From NCBI GenBank assembly GCA_009783755.1, contig WRCW01000003.1:1-35634 (forward strand): 35,634 bases of DNA, read 5' to 3'. Shown piece after piece: positions 19,123 through 28,370 of the stretch. Numbering within the stretch: the stretch's first letter is position 1; each line of letters starts with the position of its first letter. Source of the DNA: Spirochaetaceae bacterium. Its GTDB lineage: Bacteria; Spirochaetota; Spirochaetia; CADAEX01. Below the pieces are notes generated by a model, which had not been told where the DNA came from, ran no database searches, and saw nothing but the letters and a program-made list of their open reading frames with translations. Made by a program: the position numbers and the translations under genes.

Positions 19123-19539
19123 ATGTTTTTAAATAATAGTTATGGAAGAGTAGTTGATATTCTTCATAGATCCATGGATGTCTCAATGCTAAGGAGAAAT
19201 ATAATAGCTGATAATTTGGCTAATGCAGATACTCCGAATTTCAAAAAAAGCATTATAAATTTTGAATCAGAGCTCAAAAGAGCATTTCAATCGCAGAAAA
19301 AACCTGCTCTTGAAGTAAAAATGACGAATGAGAAGCATATACCTTCCTATAAGCCAATAGATTATAGAACTGTAGGCCCAAGAAGGGTTTTAGATTACCT
19401 TACACAGACAGATGCAAATGGGAATAATGTTGATATTGAAGAAGAATCTGTACATATGCTTAAGAACCAGTTGAATTATCAGCTTCTTACACAGGTACTT
19501 TCACACCAATTTAGCCAGATAAGTATGGTTGCAAGGTAG
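19123..19539 (+). CDS. flgB: Flagellar basal-body rod protein FlgB
   Basis: Motifs IADNLANADTPNFK and NGNNVDIEEE. Confidence 0.96.
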   Translation: MFLNNSYGRVVDILHRSMDVSMLRRNIIADNLANADTPNFKKSIINFESELKRAFQSQKKPALEVKMTNEKHIPSYKPIDYRTVGPRRVLDYLTQTDANGNNVDIEEESVHMLKNQLNYQLLTQVLSHQFSQISMVAR

Positions 19540-19548
19540 GAGGTTTAA

Positions 19549-20004
19549 ATGGGTATATTTACAAATATTGATATTGCTGCATCAGGCCTTTCAGCACAAC
19601 GCCTTAGACTTGATGTGATTTCAGATAATTTAGCTAATGCAAACACCACCAGAACTCCGGAAGGGGGCCCTTTTAGAAGAAGCAGGGTCGTTTTTAGACC
19701 AAAAGTATCGCAGCCTTACTGGAGAAGCCCTTTTCTTCCTGCTTTTCTTGATAATGGAGCTGGAAAAGGGGTCAGGGTTGTAAAAATTGAGAAAGATATG
19801 GCTCCATCAAGGCTTGTACATGATCCTACTCATCCGGATGCCATAAAAACAGGACCAAGAACAGGATATGTTGAATATCCGAATACAAATATTATTAATG
19901 AAATGGTTGATATGATATCTGCCACAAGATCGTATGAAGCAAACATTGCACTGGTCAATGGATCAAAAAGCATGTTTCTTAAGGCTTTAGAAATAGGAAA
20001 ATAA
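19549..20004 (+). CDS. flgC: Flagellar basal-body rod protein FlgC
   Basis: Motifs ASGLSAQRLRLDVISDNLANANTT, DPTHPDA and EMVDMISATRSYEAN. Confidence 0.97.
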   Translation: MGIFTNIDIAASGLSAQRLRLDVISDNLANANTTRTPEGGPFRRSRVVFRPKVSQPYWRSPFLPAFLDNGAGKGVRVVKIEKDMAPSRLVHDPTHPDAIKTGPRTGYVEYPNTNIINEMVDMISATRSYEANIALVNGSKSMFLKALEIGK

Positions 20005-20017
20005 GGGGGGGGAATAA

Positions 20018-20353
20018 ATGGACTTTTTAAAATCAGATCAGGTTTCAGGTCATAGAATAGTGCTAAAAACAACAGATCCAAGACATTTTACAGGTCGTTA
20101 TAACAATACTACAGGACGTCTTGAAAAAGAAAATCCTACTTTTGCAGATAAAATGTTTGAAGCATTACATGGAGTCAATAAATTACACCAGGAAACAACT
20201 GATTTAAGCGTAAAAATGGTTACAGATCCTGATAGCATAGATGCGCATGATATAACAATTGCAATTGCAAAATCAAATGCTGCACTTGCAATAACAAAAG
20301 CTGTTGTTGACAAATCAATTCAGGCCTATAAGGAAATTTTAAGTTTCAGATAA
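20018..20353 (+). CDS. fliE: Flagellar hook-basal body protein FliE
   Basis: C-terminus DAHDITIAIAKS...DKSIQAYKEI and position after flgC. Confidence 0.92.
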   Translation: MDFLKSDQVSGHRIVLKTTDPRHFTGRYNNTTGRLEKENPTFADKMFEALHGVNKLHQETTDLSVKMVTDPDSIDAHDITIAIAKSNAALAITKAVVDKSIQAYKEILSFR

Positions 20354-20363
20354 TACAATAATT

Positions 20364-20387
20364 TGGTTATCTGCTAACCGTTCTTTT
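20364..20387 (+). terminator. Weak intrinsic terminator/attenuator-like hairpin after fliE
   Basis: TGGTTA-TCTGC-TAACCG stem-loop (one G-U pair) followed by TTCTTTT. Confidence 0.3.
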
Positions 20388-20404
20388 CTACTTGGGAGGG
20401 GGAA

Positions 20405-22114
20405 ATGAAAGAGCAATTTAAGAAAATAATAGAGAAGTTACTCGGTGTTTGGACTAAAATTTCTTTGGTCCAAAGAATTATTATTATCGCAGTAATGGTT
20501 GTTGTTTCTATAGCATTTATAATGCTTGCTGCTTACAGCAGCTCACCAGGCATGGTAAGTGTACTATCTTTACCTATAAAAGATGAAAATCTCTTATTTA
20601 AAATATCAGTAAGAATGGATGAAGAAAACATATCTCATCAAATAAATTCCAATGGAATGATATATGTACCAAATGCAATAACAGCAAAGCGTGTTGTATC
20701 CATACTTGCACGTGAAGATTTGATTCCAAAAAATGCATCTCCATGGGATGTGTTTAAAATGGAAAGATGGACAACTACAGATTTTGAAAGAAATGTTAAT
20801 TTGCATCGTGCAATTGCGCAAAGCCTGAGATCACACCTTGAGGCTCTGGATGATATTGATTCTGCAAAAGTTATCCTTGATTTACCTAAAAAAGAAATAT
20901 TTACAGAGGACCAGAAAAAAGTAAGCGCATCAATAGTAATAACTCCAAAACCTGGCTCAGATATAACAAAAAACAAGAAAAAAATGGAAGGTATTGTAAA
21001 GCTTGTTAAATTTGCCATAAGTGGTCTTGAAGAGGACTCTATTAAAATATTGGATAACGAAGGAAACGATTTAAGTGATTTTTCAGGGCTTGCTGAATTC
21101 GACAGACTTAAAAAAACCAAAGAAGAACTAAAAATAAAAAGCCAGCAAGAGGGAAAATATAAAAATCTGATTATACTTTCTTTGAAACAGATATTTGGAC
21201 ATGACCGGGTTGAAATACTAAATATTGATATTGATATTGATTTTAGTGAAAAAGAGATTAGTACAACAGAACATTTCCCTGTAACAATGACTCCTGAAGA
21301 TCCTACAGTTCCATATTCTACAAGAGAAGTTGTCCCCTCAATAACAATCTCAAAAGAATATGTAAATGAACACTTTAGGGGAACAGGTTTTAATCCAGAA
21401 GGCCCTCCGGGAGCAGAAGGACAAACTCCTCCGGCATATAAAGATCTTGAAGGGATGGTAGGAGAATATAAAAGAAACAATGTATTGGAAAATGAAGCTA
21501 TTAATGTAATGCAATCTACTGAAAAAAGAATGCCCTGGTCCATAAAAAGGGTAACTGTAGGGGTTGCAATAGATGGATTATGGAAATGGGAATATGATGA
21601 TACTGGAAATGTAAAACTTAACAGGGATGGCAGTATTGTAAGAAACTATACACCTGTTAGTGATGCAGATATTCAAAAAGCAAAAACTCTCCTGGAACAT
21701 GCTGTTGGCTATAACAGAATAAGGGGAGATTCAGTTACTGTACAGTCGCTCCAGTTTGACAGAACAAAAGAGCACCAGCTAGAAGATGAAAAATTCAGGG
21801 CAAGAATGAGAGCCAGACAAATAGTTACATATTCAATTATAGGACTTCTTGCACTTATAGCATTTTTCATTATTTTCAGGATCATACTCAGAGCTATTGA
21901 AAGAAGAAGAAAACTCAGAGAAGAAGAGCTTGCAAGACAGCATCAGGCTATGCGTGAAGCAGCGCTCAGGAGTGCGGAAGAAGATGCTGTTGGTGTTGAA
22001 ATATCTGTTGAAGACAGAGCAAGACTTGAAATGCAGGAGATGGCTGTTAATATGGCCAGGGAACATCCTGAAGATGTAGCTCAGTTAATAAGAACATGGT
22101 TGTTGGAGGAATAG
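20405..22114 (+). CDS. fliF: Flagellar MS-ring protein FliF
   Basis: Two TM segments, ASIVITP, GYNRIRGDSVTV and C-terminal HPEDVAQLIRTWL. Confidence 0.95.
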   Translation: MKEQFKKIIEKLLGVWTKISLVQRIIIIAVMVVVSIAFIMLAAYSSSPGMVSVLSLPIKDENLLFKISVRMDEENISHQINSNGMIYVPNAITAKRVVSILAREDLIPKNASPWDVFKMERWTTTDFERNVNLHRAIAQSLRSHLEALDDIDSAKVILDLPKKEIFTEDQKKVSASIVITPKPGSDITKNKKKMEGIVKLVKFAISGLEEDSIKILDNEGNDLSDFSGLAEFDRLKKTKEELKIKSQQEGKYKNLIILSLKQIFGHDRVEILNIDIDIDFSEKEISTTEHFPVTMTPEDPTVPYSTREVVPSITISKEYVNEHFRGTGFNPEGPPGAEGQTPPAYKDLEGMVGEYKRNNVLENEAINVMQSTEKRMPWSIKRVTVGVAIDGLWKWEYDDTGNVKLNRDGSIVRNYTPVSDADIQKAKTLLEHAVGYNRIRGDSVTVQSLQFDRTKEHQLEDEKFRARMRARQIVTYSIIGLLALIAFFIIFRIILRAIERRRKLREEELARQHQAMREAALRSAEEDAVGVEISVEDRARLEMQEMAVNMAREHPEDVAQLIRTWLLEE

Positions 22115-22115
22115 T

Positions 22116-23198
22116 ATGGGAAAAGTACCGGCAGTAAATCCAAACCCGAGTCCAAGTCCAGCGCCTCATCCGCAGCAAAAAAAGGGCGGCGGACTTAGAA
22201 AAGAACTTTCAGGAAGACAGAAAGCAGCTATTTTTCTTGTAACAATAGGATCTGAAATATCTTCTGAAATATTTAAGCACCTTAGGGAAGATGAAATTGA
22301 AGCTCTTACATTCGAAATAGCGCGACTTGAAACTATAGAAGCTGAAGATAAAGACAGGGTTCTCGTTGAATTCAAAGAACTCATGATGGCCCAGGATTTT
22401 ATAACAAGTGGTGGTATTGATTATGCAAGAGAGCTTCTTGAAAAATCTCTGGGAAGCCAGAAAGCAATAGATATTATAAACAGGCTTACAAGTTCTCTTC
22501 AAATAAGGCCTTTTGACTTTATACGAAGAACAGATCCTACACACCTCTTGAACTTTATACAGCAGGAACATCCGCAGACAATTGCCCTTATTCTTGCGTA
22601 TCTTGAACCGGAAAAAGCTTCGATCATCCTTTCAAGCCTACCTCATGAAACACAATCAGATGTTGCAAGGCGTATAGCAACTATGGACAGGACTTCTCCG
22701 GAGACATTAAGGGAAGTTGAGAGAGTTCTTGAGAAAAAACTTTCAACACTATCCAGTGAAGACTATACATCTGCAGGAGGTGTTGAAAGCATTGTTGAAA
22801 TACTCAATAGAGTAGACAGGTCAACAGAAAAGACAATCATAGAATCTCTTGAAGAGGAAGACCCTGAGCTTGCAGAAGAAATCAAGAAGAGAATGTTTGT
22901 ATTCGAAGATATTGTACTTCTCGATGATAGGGCAATTCAGAAAGTATTGCGTGAGGTTGATCAACAAGAACTTGGAAAAGCGCTTAAAGCTGTCGATAAT
23001 GAGGTACAGGATAAAATATTTAAAAATATGTCTAAAAGAGCTGCTACTACTCTTAGGGAAGATATGGAGTTTATGGGACCCATCAGACTTAAAGATGTTG
23101 AAGAAGCTCAGCAGAAAATTGTATCTGTTATTAGAAAACTTGAAGAACAAGGTGATATTGTTGTTGCAAGATCTGGTGAAGATGAAATGGTTGTATAA
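22116..23198 (+). CDS. fliG: Flagellar motor switch protein FliG
   Basis: Motifs GRQKAAIFL, EHPQTIALIL, MFVFEDI, NMSKRA and GPIRLKDVEEAQ. Confidence 0.98.
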   Translation: MGKVPAVNPNPSPSPAPHPQQKKGGGLRKELSGRQKAAIFLVTIGSEISSEIFKHLREDEIEALTFEIARLETIEAEDKDRVLVEFKELMMAQDFITSGGIDYARELLEKSLGSQKAIDIINRLTSSLQIRPFDFIRRTDPTHLLNFIQQEHPQTIALILAYLEPEKASIILSSLPHETQSDVARRIATMDRTSPETLREVERVLEKKLSTLSSEDYTSAGGVESIVEILNRVDRSTEKTIIESLEEEDPELAEEIKKRMFVFEDIVLLDDRAIQKVLREVDQQELGKALKAVDNEVQDKIFKNMSKRAATTLREDMEFMGPIRLKDVEEAQQKIVSVIRKLEEQGDIVVARSGEDEMVV

Positions 23199-23208
23199 TA
23201 AGGAGTTA

Positions 23209-23239
23209 TACAGTGATTAACTTTATGCTAATCACTGTA
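23209..23239 (+). other. Perfect 11-bp inverted repeat between fliG and fliH
   Basis: TACAGTGATTA (23209-23219), 9-nt loop, TAATCACTGTA (23229-23239), followed by ATATTT. Confidence 0.7.
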
Positions 23240-23259
23240 ATATTTGCAGGAGGTTTCAG

Positions 23260-24183
23260 TTGGCAAGAAATGTTTTTCATTCTTCAGAAGTAAAAAAACT
23301 CAGTAATACGGTTTATCTTGAACCAATAAAAAGTGAAATTGAAGAGATAGAAGAGATCCCTGATGTAGAAGAATATACAGGTCCTACTGCCGATGATCTT
23401 CGAAGAGAAGCAGAGGCTTTTAAGGAAATTTGGGAAAAAGAAAAACTTGAGATGATTGAGAATGCAAAAAAAGAGGCTTCCAGAATTGTTGAGGAAGCAA
23501 AGCAAAATGCATTTGAAGAAGTTAAAAAAGGGAAAAATGAATCACAAAAAATAATCCAGGAAGCCACAGATCAGTCAGCTGAAACTGAAAAAACAGCTTC
23601 TGAAAAATATGAGCAGATGGTAAAAGAGGCTTCGGAAAAGGTCATAGTTATAGAAAAAGATGCACATGATACAGGCTATAAAGATGGTTTGGAAAAAGGT
23701 TTTGAATCAGGCAAGGGAGAAGTAGAAAGACTTATTGAAAAAGTACACCAGGTTCTAAATACAGCAATTGAAAAGAGAATTGCAATTATTGAAGAATCTG
23801 AAACACAGCTAATAAATGTTGTTCTCCTGATTTCACAGAAAGTAATAAAAGTAATTTCTGAGAATCAGAAAAATGTTGTAATCAATAATGTTATCCAGGC
23901 GCTGCGCAAGCTTAAAACCAGAGGAGAAGTAGTTGTAAGAGTAAATCTCGATGATGTAAAACTTACCACTGAGCATATAAAAGATTTTATGAAAATGGTT
24001 GATAATGTAAGGTCAATTACAGTTCTTGAAGATTCTACAGTTGATAAGGGCGGAGCAATAATTGAAACAGATTTTGGAGAGATAGATGCAAGAATATCAT
24101 CGCAGCTTAATGAAATCAAAGACAAGATTCTTGATCTTACTCCTATAAAATCAAAAACAGATATTACAGAAGATTTTATATAA
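23260..24183 (+). CDS. fliH: Flagellar export protein FliH
   Basis: GxxxG repeats (GYKDGLEKGFESG) and DSTVDKGGAIIETDFGEIDA. RBS AGGAGG with a TTG start. Confidence 0.95.
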   Translation: MARNVFHSSEVKKLSNTVYLEPIKSEIEEIEEIPDVEEYTGPTADDLRREAEAFKEIWEKEKLEMIENAKKEASRIVEEAKQNAFEEVKKGKNESQKIIQEATDQSAETEKTASEKYEQMVKEASEKVIVIEKDAHDTGYKDGLEKGFESGKGEVERLIEKVHQVLNTAIEKRIAIIEESETQLINVVLLISQKVIKVISENQKNVVINNVIQALRKLKTRGEVVVRVNLDDVKLTTEHIKDFMKMVDNVRSITVLEDSTVDKGGAIIETDFGEIDARISSQLNEIKDKILDLTPIKSKTDITEDFI

Positions 24184-24231
24184 TATTTTGTTTTTGTCTG
24201 ATCAAAGTGCTTAAAAGCCAGGGGAGGGGGG

Positions 24232-25551
24232 ATGAGCGCTATTTTCGAAAAATATAAAACTGTTCTCGAAGATACAGATCCTATAAAATTTACCGGTAGA
24301 GTAACAAAGGTACAGGGGCTTCTTATTGAAAGTCTTGGTCCCAGAGTTGTTCTTGGTGAACTCTGCTATATAATTTTAAATAACTCACTTTCTCCGATAT
24401 ATGCAGAAGTTGTTGCGCTCAAAAAAGATGCAATACAGCTTATGGCTTATGATTCTTTCGATGGGATCGAAATAGGCGATGTAGTAGTTGCTACCGGAAA
24501 AAGCCTTTCTATATCTGTTTCACCAAAAATGCTTGGCAGGGTTCTGGATGGAATGGGCAGACCTGTTGATGACAAAGGCAATATAAGAGAAGCCACCAAA
24601 ATTCCTGTTATTAACACTCCTCCGGATTTATTAAAAAGAAAACCAGTAAATGAGCAAATTCAGACTGGTGTAAGAGCAATAGATTCTCTTCTTGCTGTTG
24701 GCAAAGGTCAGCGTATGGGAATTTTTTCAGCAGCAGGAGTTGGAAAATCAACACTTTTAGGGATGATAGCAAGGAACAGCAATGCAGATGTAAATGTAAT
24801 AGCTCTTGTAGGAGAGAGAGGCAGGGAAGTAAATGAATTTATAGAGAATGAACTTGGTCCTGAAGGGATGAAAAAATCTATTATTGTTGTCTCTTCATCC
24901 AATACTCCTCCTATCTCAAGAATAAAAGGAGCATTTACTGCTACTGCAATTGCTGAATATTTTAGAGACAGAGGAAAAAATGTAATGTTTTTCTTTGATT
25001 CTCTTACCAGATTTGCCAGAGCTCAGCGGGAAATAGGTCTTGCGATTAAAGAAACTCCTGCAACAAGAGGTTTTACTCCATCTGTTTTTACAGAAATGCC
25101 AAAACTTCTTGAACGTTGCGCCAATTCTCTTTATGGAACACTGACAGGATTTTATACAGTTCTTGTTGAAGGCGATGACCTTGATGAACCTGTTTCTGAC
25201 AATGCAGAAGGTTTTCTTGATGGTCATATAATTTTAAGCAAAAAAATGGCTGAATCAAACCACTATCCTGCAATCGATGTTTTAAAATCAATTTCAAGAA
25301 TTTCAGATAAAATATTGCCCAAAGAAATCAAAGAATCAGGAGGGTATATAAGAAATCAAATATCTGTGTACTCTGATGCTGAAAATATTATAAATGTAGG
25401 CGCATATGTAAAAGGATCCAATCCTGAAATTGATGAAGCAGTTAAAAAGCAACCTGAGATAAAAAAATACCTTGCTCAAAAAATAGGTGAAACATCAACA
25501 CTTGAAGAAAGTTTTTCAAGTATAGCTAAAATAGCAGGAGTAAAGTTATAA
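24232..25551 (+). CDS. fliI: Flagellar export ATPase FliI
   Basis: Walker A GVGKS, LVGERGRE, DSLTRFA, LDGHI and YPAIDVLKSISR. Confidence 0.95.
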   Translation: MSAIFEKYKTVLEDTDPIKFTGRVTKVQGLLIESLGPRVVLGELCYIILNNSLSPIYAEVVALKKDAIQLMAYDSFDGIEIGDVVVATGKSLSISVSPKMLGRVLDGMGRPVDDKGNIREATKIPVINTPPDLLKRKPVNEQIQTGVRAIDSLLAVGKGQRMGIFSAAGVGKSTLLGMIARNSNADVNVIALVGERGREVNEFIENELGPEGMKKSIIVVSSSNTPPISRIKGAFTATAIAEYFRDRGKNVMFFFDSLTRFARAQREIGLAIKETPATRGFTPSVFTEMPKLLERCANSLYGTLTGFYTVLVEGDDLDEPVSDNAEGFLDGHIILSKKMAESNHYPAIDVLKSISRISDKILPKEIKESGGYIRNQISVYSDAENIINVGAYVKGSNPEIDEAVKKQPEIKKYLAQKIGETSTLEESFSSIAKIAGVKL

Positions 25552-25563
25552 AAGGGAAAACTT

Positions 25564-26007
25564 ATGAGAAAGTTTGTATTTGACCTTGAAAAACTTCTTG
25601 AAATACGCGGATATGCAGAAAAAGAAAAACTATTGGCACTTGCCGAAGTGACAGGCAGATATATGCAAATAGTAAACAGCATTGAAGATTCTGAAAAGAG
25701 AAAAGACGATATTATGGGTTTGAGATTCAGCGGATCAGACGTTGATGTTTATACTATCATGTTTGATCAATCACGGATCTCTGCAATTGAAAGAAAAATA
25801 TCTGATTTTAAAAAAAAACTTATACCGATAAATAAAGAAAAGGAAGAAAAAAGATTGGAATATCTGGAAGCTTTAAAAAATAAAAAAGTATTGGAAAAGC
25901 TTAAAGAAAAAGAAGCTTCTGAGCACAAAAGAAAAGAGCTTTTAAGAGAAGCAAAAGAGATTGATGACATTGTAAGCAGTAATTTTGATATGATCCAGGA
26001 GGTTTAA
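25564..26007 (+). CDS. fliJ: Flagellar export protein FliJ
   Basis: N-terminus MRKFVFDLEKLLEIR, coiled coil, and C-terminal EAKEIDD. Follows fliI. Confidence 0.9.
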   Translation: MRKFVFDLEKLLEIRGYAEKEKLLALAEVTGRYMQIVNSIEDSEKRKDDIMGLRFSGSDVDVYTIMFDQSRISAIERKISDFKKKLIPINKEKEEKRLEYLEALKNKKVLEKLKEKEASEHKRKELLREAKEIDDIVSSNFDMIQEV

Positions 26008-26009
26008 AT

Positions 26010-26642
26010 ATGGCAATAAGAAGAGATCCAAACGCAGGACTCAGGGTTTTTGTTTTAATATTACTTGTAACAGTTCTGTTTTTTGGTGGTCTGGTGTGGT
26101 TTGATTATTTAGGAATAGTAAATGCAAGAGAACAAATTGCGTTTTTCTATTCACTGATCAATAAGGAAAAAGGGCTGAAAATTGAAGATAAAGATAATGT
26201 TTTTCTTCTTGAGCAGGAAAGATATCACAAAATGAAAGAAGCTCTCGACATAAAAGAGGAAGAACTTAACAAAAAAAATGAAGAAATCGATAAACGCAAC
26301 ATGGAAATGAAGCAAAGAATTGAAATTCTGGATGAAAAAGAAAAAGCTTTGTCAGAAAGAGAAAATTCATTTAACGTGCGAACATTATTGTACGAAAATA
26401 GAATAGCAAACCTTGAGCAGTCATCAAGATATCTTACCGGTATGCCTCCTGTAAAGGCAAAAGATATCCTTCTTCAGATGGATGATCAGGATATCATAGA
26501 TATTTTGAGAGTCACTGAGCGTATTTCGCAGGAATCAGGTGAAACATCGCTGGTTGCTTATTGGTTATCGCTGATGCCCCCCGAAAGGTCTGCATCTATA
26601 AAGCGCAAGATGACGATTAAGCCTAATGAATTGGGCGCTTAA
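26010..26642 (+). CDS. flbB: Periplasmic-flagellar collar protein FlbB
   Basis: N-terminal TM ending WFDYLG, coiled coil, YLTGMPP and SLVAYWLSLMPPER. Sits between fliJ and fliK as in other spirochetes. Confidence 0.88.
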   Translation: MAIRRDPNAGLRVFVLILLVTVLFFGGLVWFDYLGIVNAREQIAFFYSLINKEKGLKIEDKDNVFLLEQERYHKMKEALDIKEEELNKKNEEIDKRNMEMKQRIEILDEKEKALSERENSFNVRTLLYENRIANLEQSSRYLTGMPPVKAKDILLQMDDQDIIDILRVTERISQESGETSLVAYWLSLMPPERSASIKRKMTIKPNELGA

Positions 26643-26662
26643 AGGGGTCAAAGGAGCACTAT

Positions 26663-27889
26663 TTGTCTGTAGAGATTAGCGTAAAAAAAGAATTAAAAAC
26701 TCCTGAATATTTTATGCAGCTTGATAAAAAAGCAAGCAACAGTTTAGATGCTAAAGCTGCTCATACGGGAAAAAGGACCAACTCACTCTCTCTTGATTCT
26801 TTAACGCTTAATGATTCATTCTCATTTAAAAAATTATTTGAAAATTTTCTGTCAGACAAAATGATAGAAAAGAAAAATATTAAAAAAGAAGAAATAAAGA
26901 CTCAGCTAAAAATATCAGCAAGAGAAAAGACTCAGGATAGCAAGCAGGATTTAAATCATCTTTTTCCTTTGCAAACAGCTTTAAATTCTAATGCTTTAAA
27001 AAATATTGAAATAAAAGATGCGGAATTAAAAGAAGAAAAAACAGTAAAAGAAAAATTATCATTTTCAAAAAATACTTTATTGCAACTATTTGAAAAAAAT
27101 CCCACAGAAAAAAATACTTTTAATTCATTAAATTACTATTTTAATCAAAATAGCAGTACTGACAAAAATATAAATCTAAAAGAAAACAATGAATTAAAAA
27201 AAGAAAAAGAAAAAAGGGAATTTTTTAAAATAGTTGATTTACGCAAAAATTCTGCTGAAAAAGAATCTTTAAAAATATTATCTGCAAAAGAAGGTTCTGA
27301 AATATCACAGGGAAATAGATTTACTTTCTCAAATAATAATGAAAGCAGGAATAATGTTGAGGTCAAAGATTTGCTTTCCGATTCACAAATGCAGTTATCA
27401 TCTGGAAAACAACAGCAGTTTGACACAAGTCTCATATCATCCAAAAATGGAGTTCCTTCGTTCCAAAGTCAGTTTATTGAATATCTTAGAGAAAATGGAA
27501 ATGCAAATATAGTAAAAAATGCAAATATAATCTTAAAGGAAAATAATGAAGGGGAAATAAGACTTTTAATGAAACCCGAAAGCCTTGGATATGTAAGGAT
27601 TAAGCTTATGCTTAATGATAGTCATATAGCAGGCAGAATAATAGTCGATAATCCTAATATAAAAGAAATATTTGAAAACAATATTGAAAATCTTATTAAA
27701 AATTTTAAAGAAAGCGGATATTCCTCTGCAACAATTGATGTTTCTGTAGGGGGAGAGAAAAATAATAATAAAAAACAATCTATAGAAAATGACAAAGTTC
27801 TTGCGTTAAAAGAAATTGAAAAAGTTACTGAGCAAACGATCGTAAGAACAATGTTATCGGAAGATAGACTGGTTGACATGGTAATTTAA
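26663..27889 (+). CDS. fliK: Flagellar hook-length control protein FliK
   Basis: Low-complexity K/N/E-rich N-terminus and C-terminal [17 protein letters not shown] domain. RBS AAGGAG with a TTG start. Confidence 0.88.
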   Translation: MSVEISVKKELKTPEYFMQLDKKASNSLDAKAAHTGKRTNSLSLDSLTLNDSFSFKKLFENFLSDKMIEKKNIKKEEIKTQLKISAREKTQDSKQDLNHLFPLQTALNSNALKNIEIKDAELKEEKTVKEKLSFSKNTLLQLFEKNPTEKNTFNSLNYYFNQNSSTDKNINLKENNELKKEKEKREFFKIVDLRKNSAEKESLKILSAKEGSEISQGNRFTFSNNNESRNNVEVKDLLSDSQMQLSSGKQQQFDTSLISSKNGVPSFQSQFIEYLRENGNANIVKNANIILKENNEGEIRLLMKPESLGYVRIKLMLNDSHIAGRIIVDNPNIKEIFENNIENLIKNFKESGYSSATIDVSVGGEKNNNKKQSIENDKVLALKEIEKVTEQTIVRTMLSEDRLVDMVI

Positions 27890-27903
27890 AAACGGAGGTT
27901 TTT

Positions 27904-28347
27904 GTGGATATAAGCAGTACCATGACTGATATTGAAAAAAGCAGAATCCAGATGCAGGTTGACAGTTTTAATAAAACACTTGCCGCATCACAGCAAAGGG
28001 CATCTAAAAATCAACTTGATAAAGATGATTTTCTGAAAATATTGATTACTCAGCTTACGCATCAGGATCCTACAAAACCAATGGATGACAGGGAATTTAT
28101 TGCACAGATGGCACAGTTTTCATCACTTGAGCAGATGACTAACATGAGCAAGGAATTCGGTAAAATGCAGAATATAATTGCATCTAATCAGGCAATCAAT
28201 TTAATTGGTAAAACAGTGCAAGTTACTGATGGCGAACAGGTAATTATAGGAAAGGTTGAAGAAGTATCTGGATATGAATATCCTCAGCTTCTTATCAATG
28301 GAAAATATTACGAGATGTCAAGAATAGAGAAAATAAGACAGGAATAG
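27904..28347 (+). CDS. flgD: Flagellar hook-capping protein FlgD
   Basis: Motif [40 protein letters not shown]. Confidence 0.96.
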   Translation: MDISSTMTDIEKSRIQMQVDSFNKTLAASQQRASKNQLDKDDFLKILITQLTHQDPTKPMDDREFIAQMAQFSSLEQMTNMSKEFGKMQNIIASNQAINLIGKTVQVTDGEQVIIGKVEEVSGYEYPQLLINGKYYEMSRIEKIRQE

Positions 28348-28370
28348 ATCGAAGGTAGGAGGCAAATTTT

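Noticed and set aside
20638-21543. 301-aa minus-strand ORF
   Set aside because: It lies antisense to fliF in the codon-mirrored frame, is S/I/F-rich as expected for a shadow ORF, and has no recognisable motif.
26560-26662. sigma28 promoter upstream of fliK, as reported for some treponemes
   Set aside because: No TAAA-N15-GCCGATA-like pair with correct spacing was found by eye.
26700-27400. Very A-rich low-complexity stretch as foreign DNA or a repeat
   Set aside because: It is explained by the disordered K/N/E-rich ruler region of FliK.
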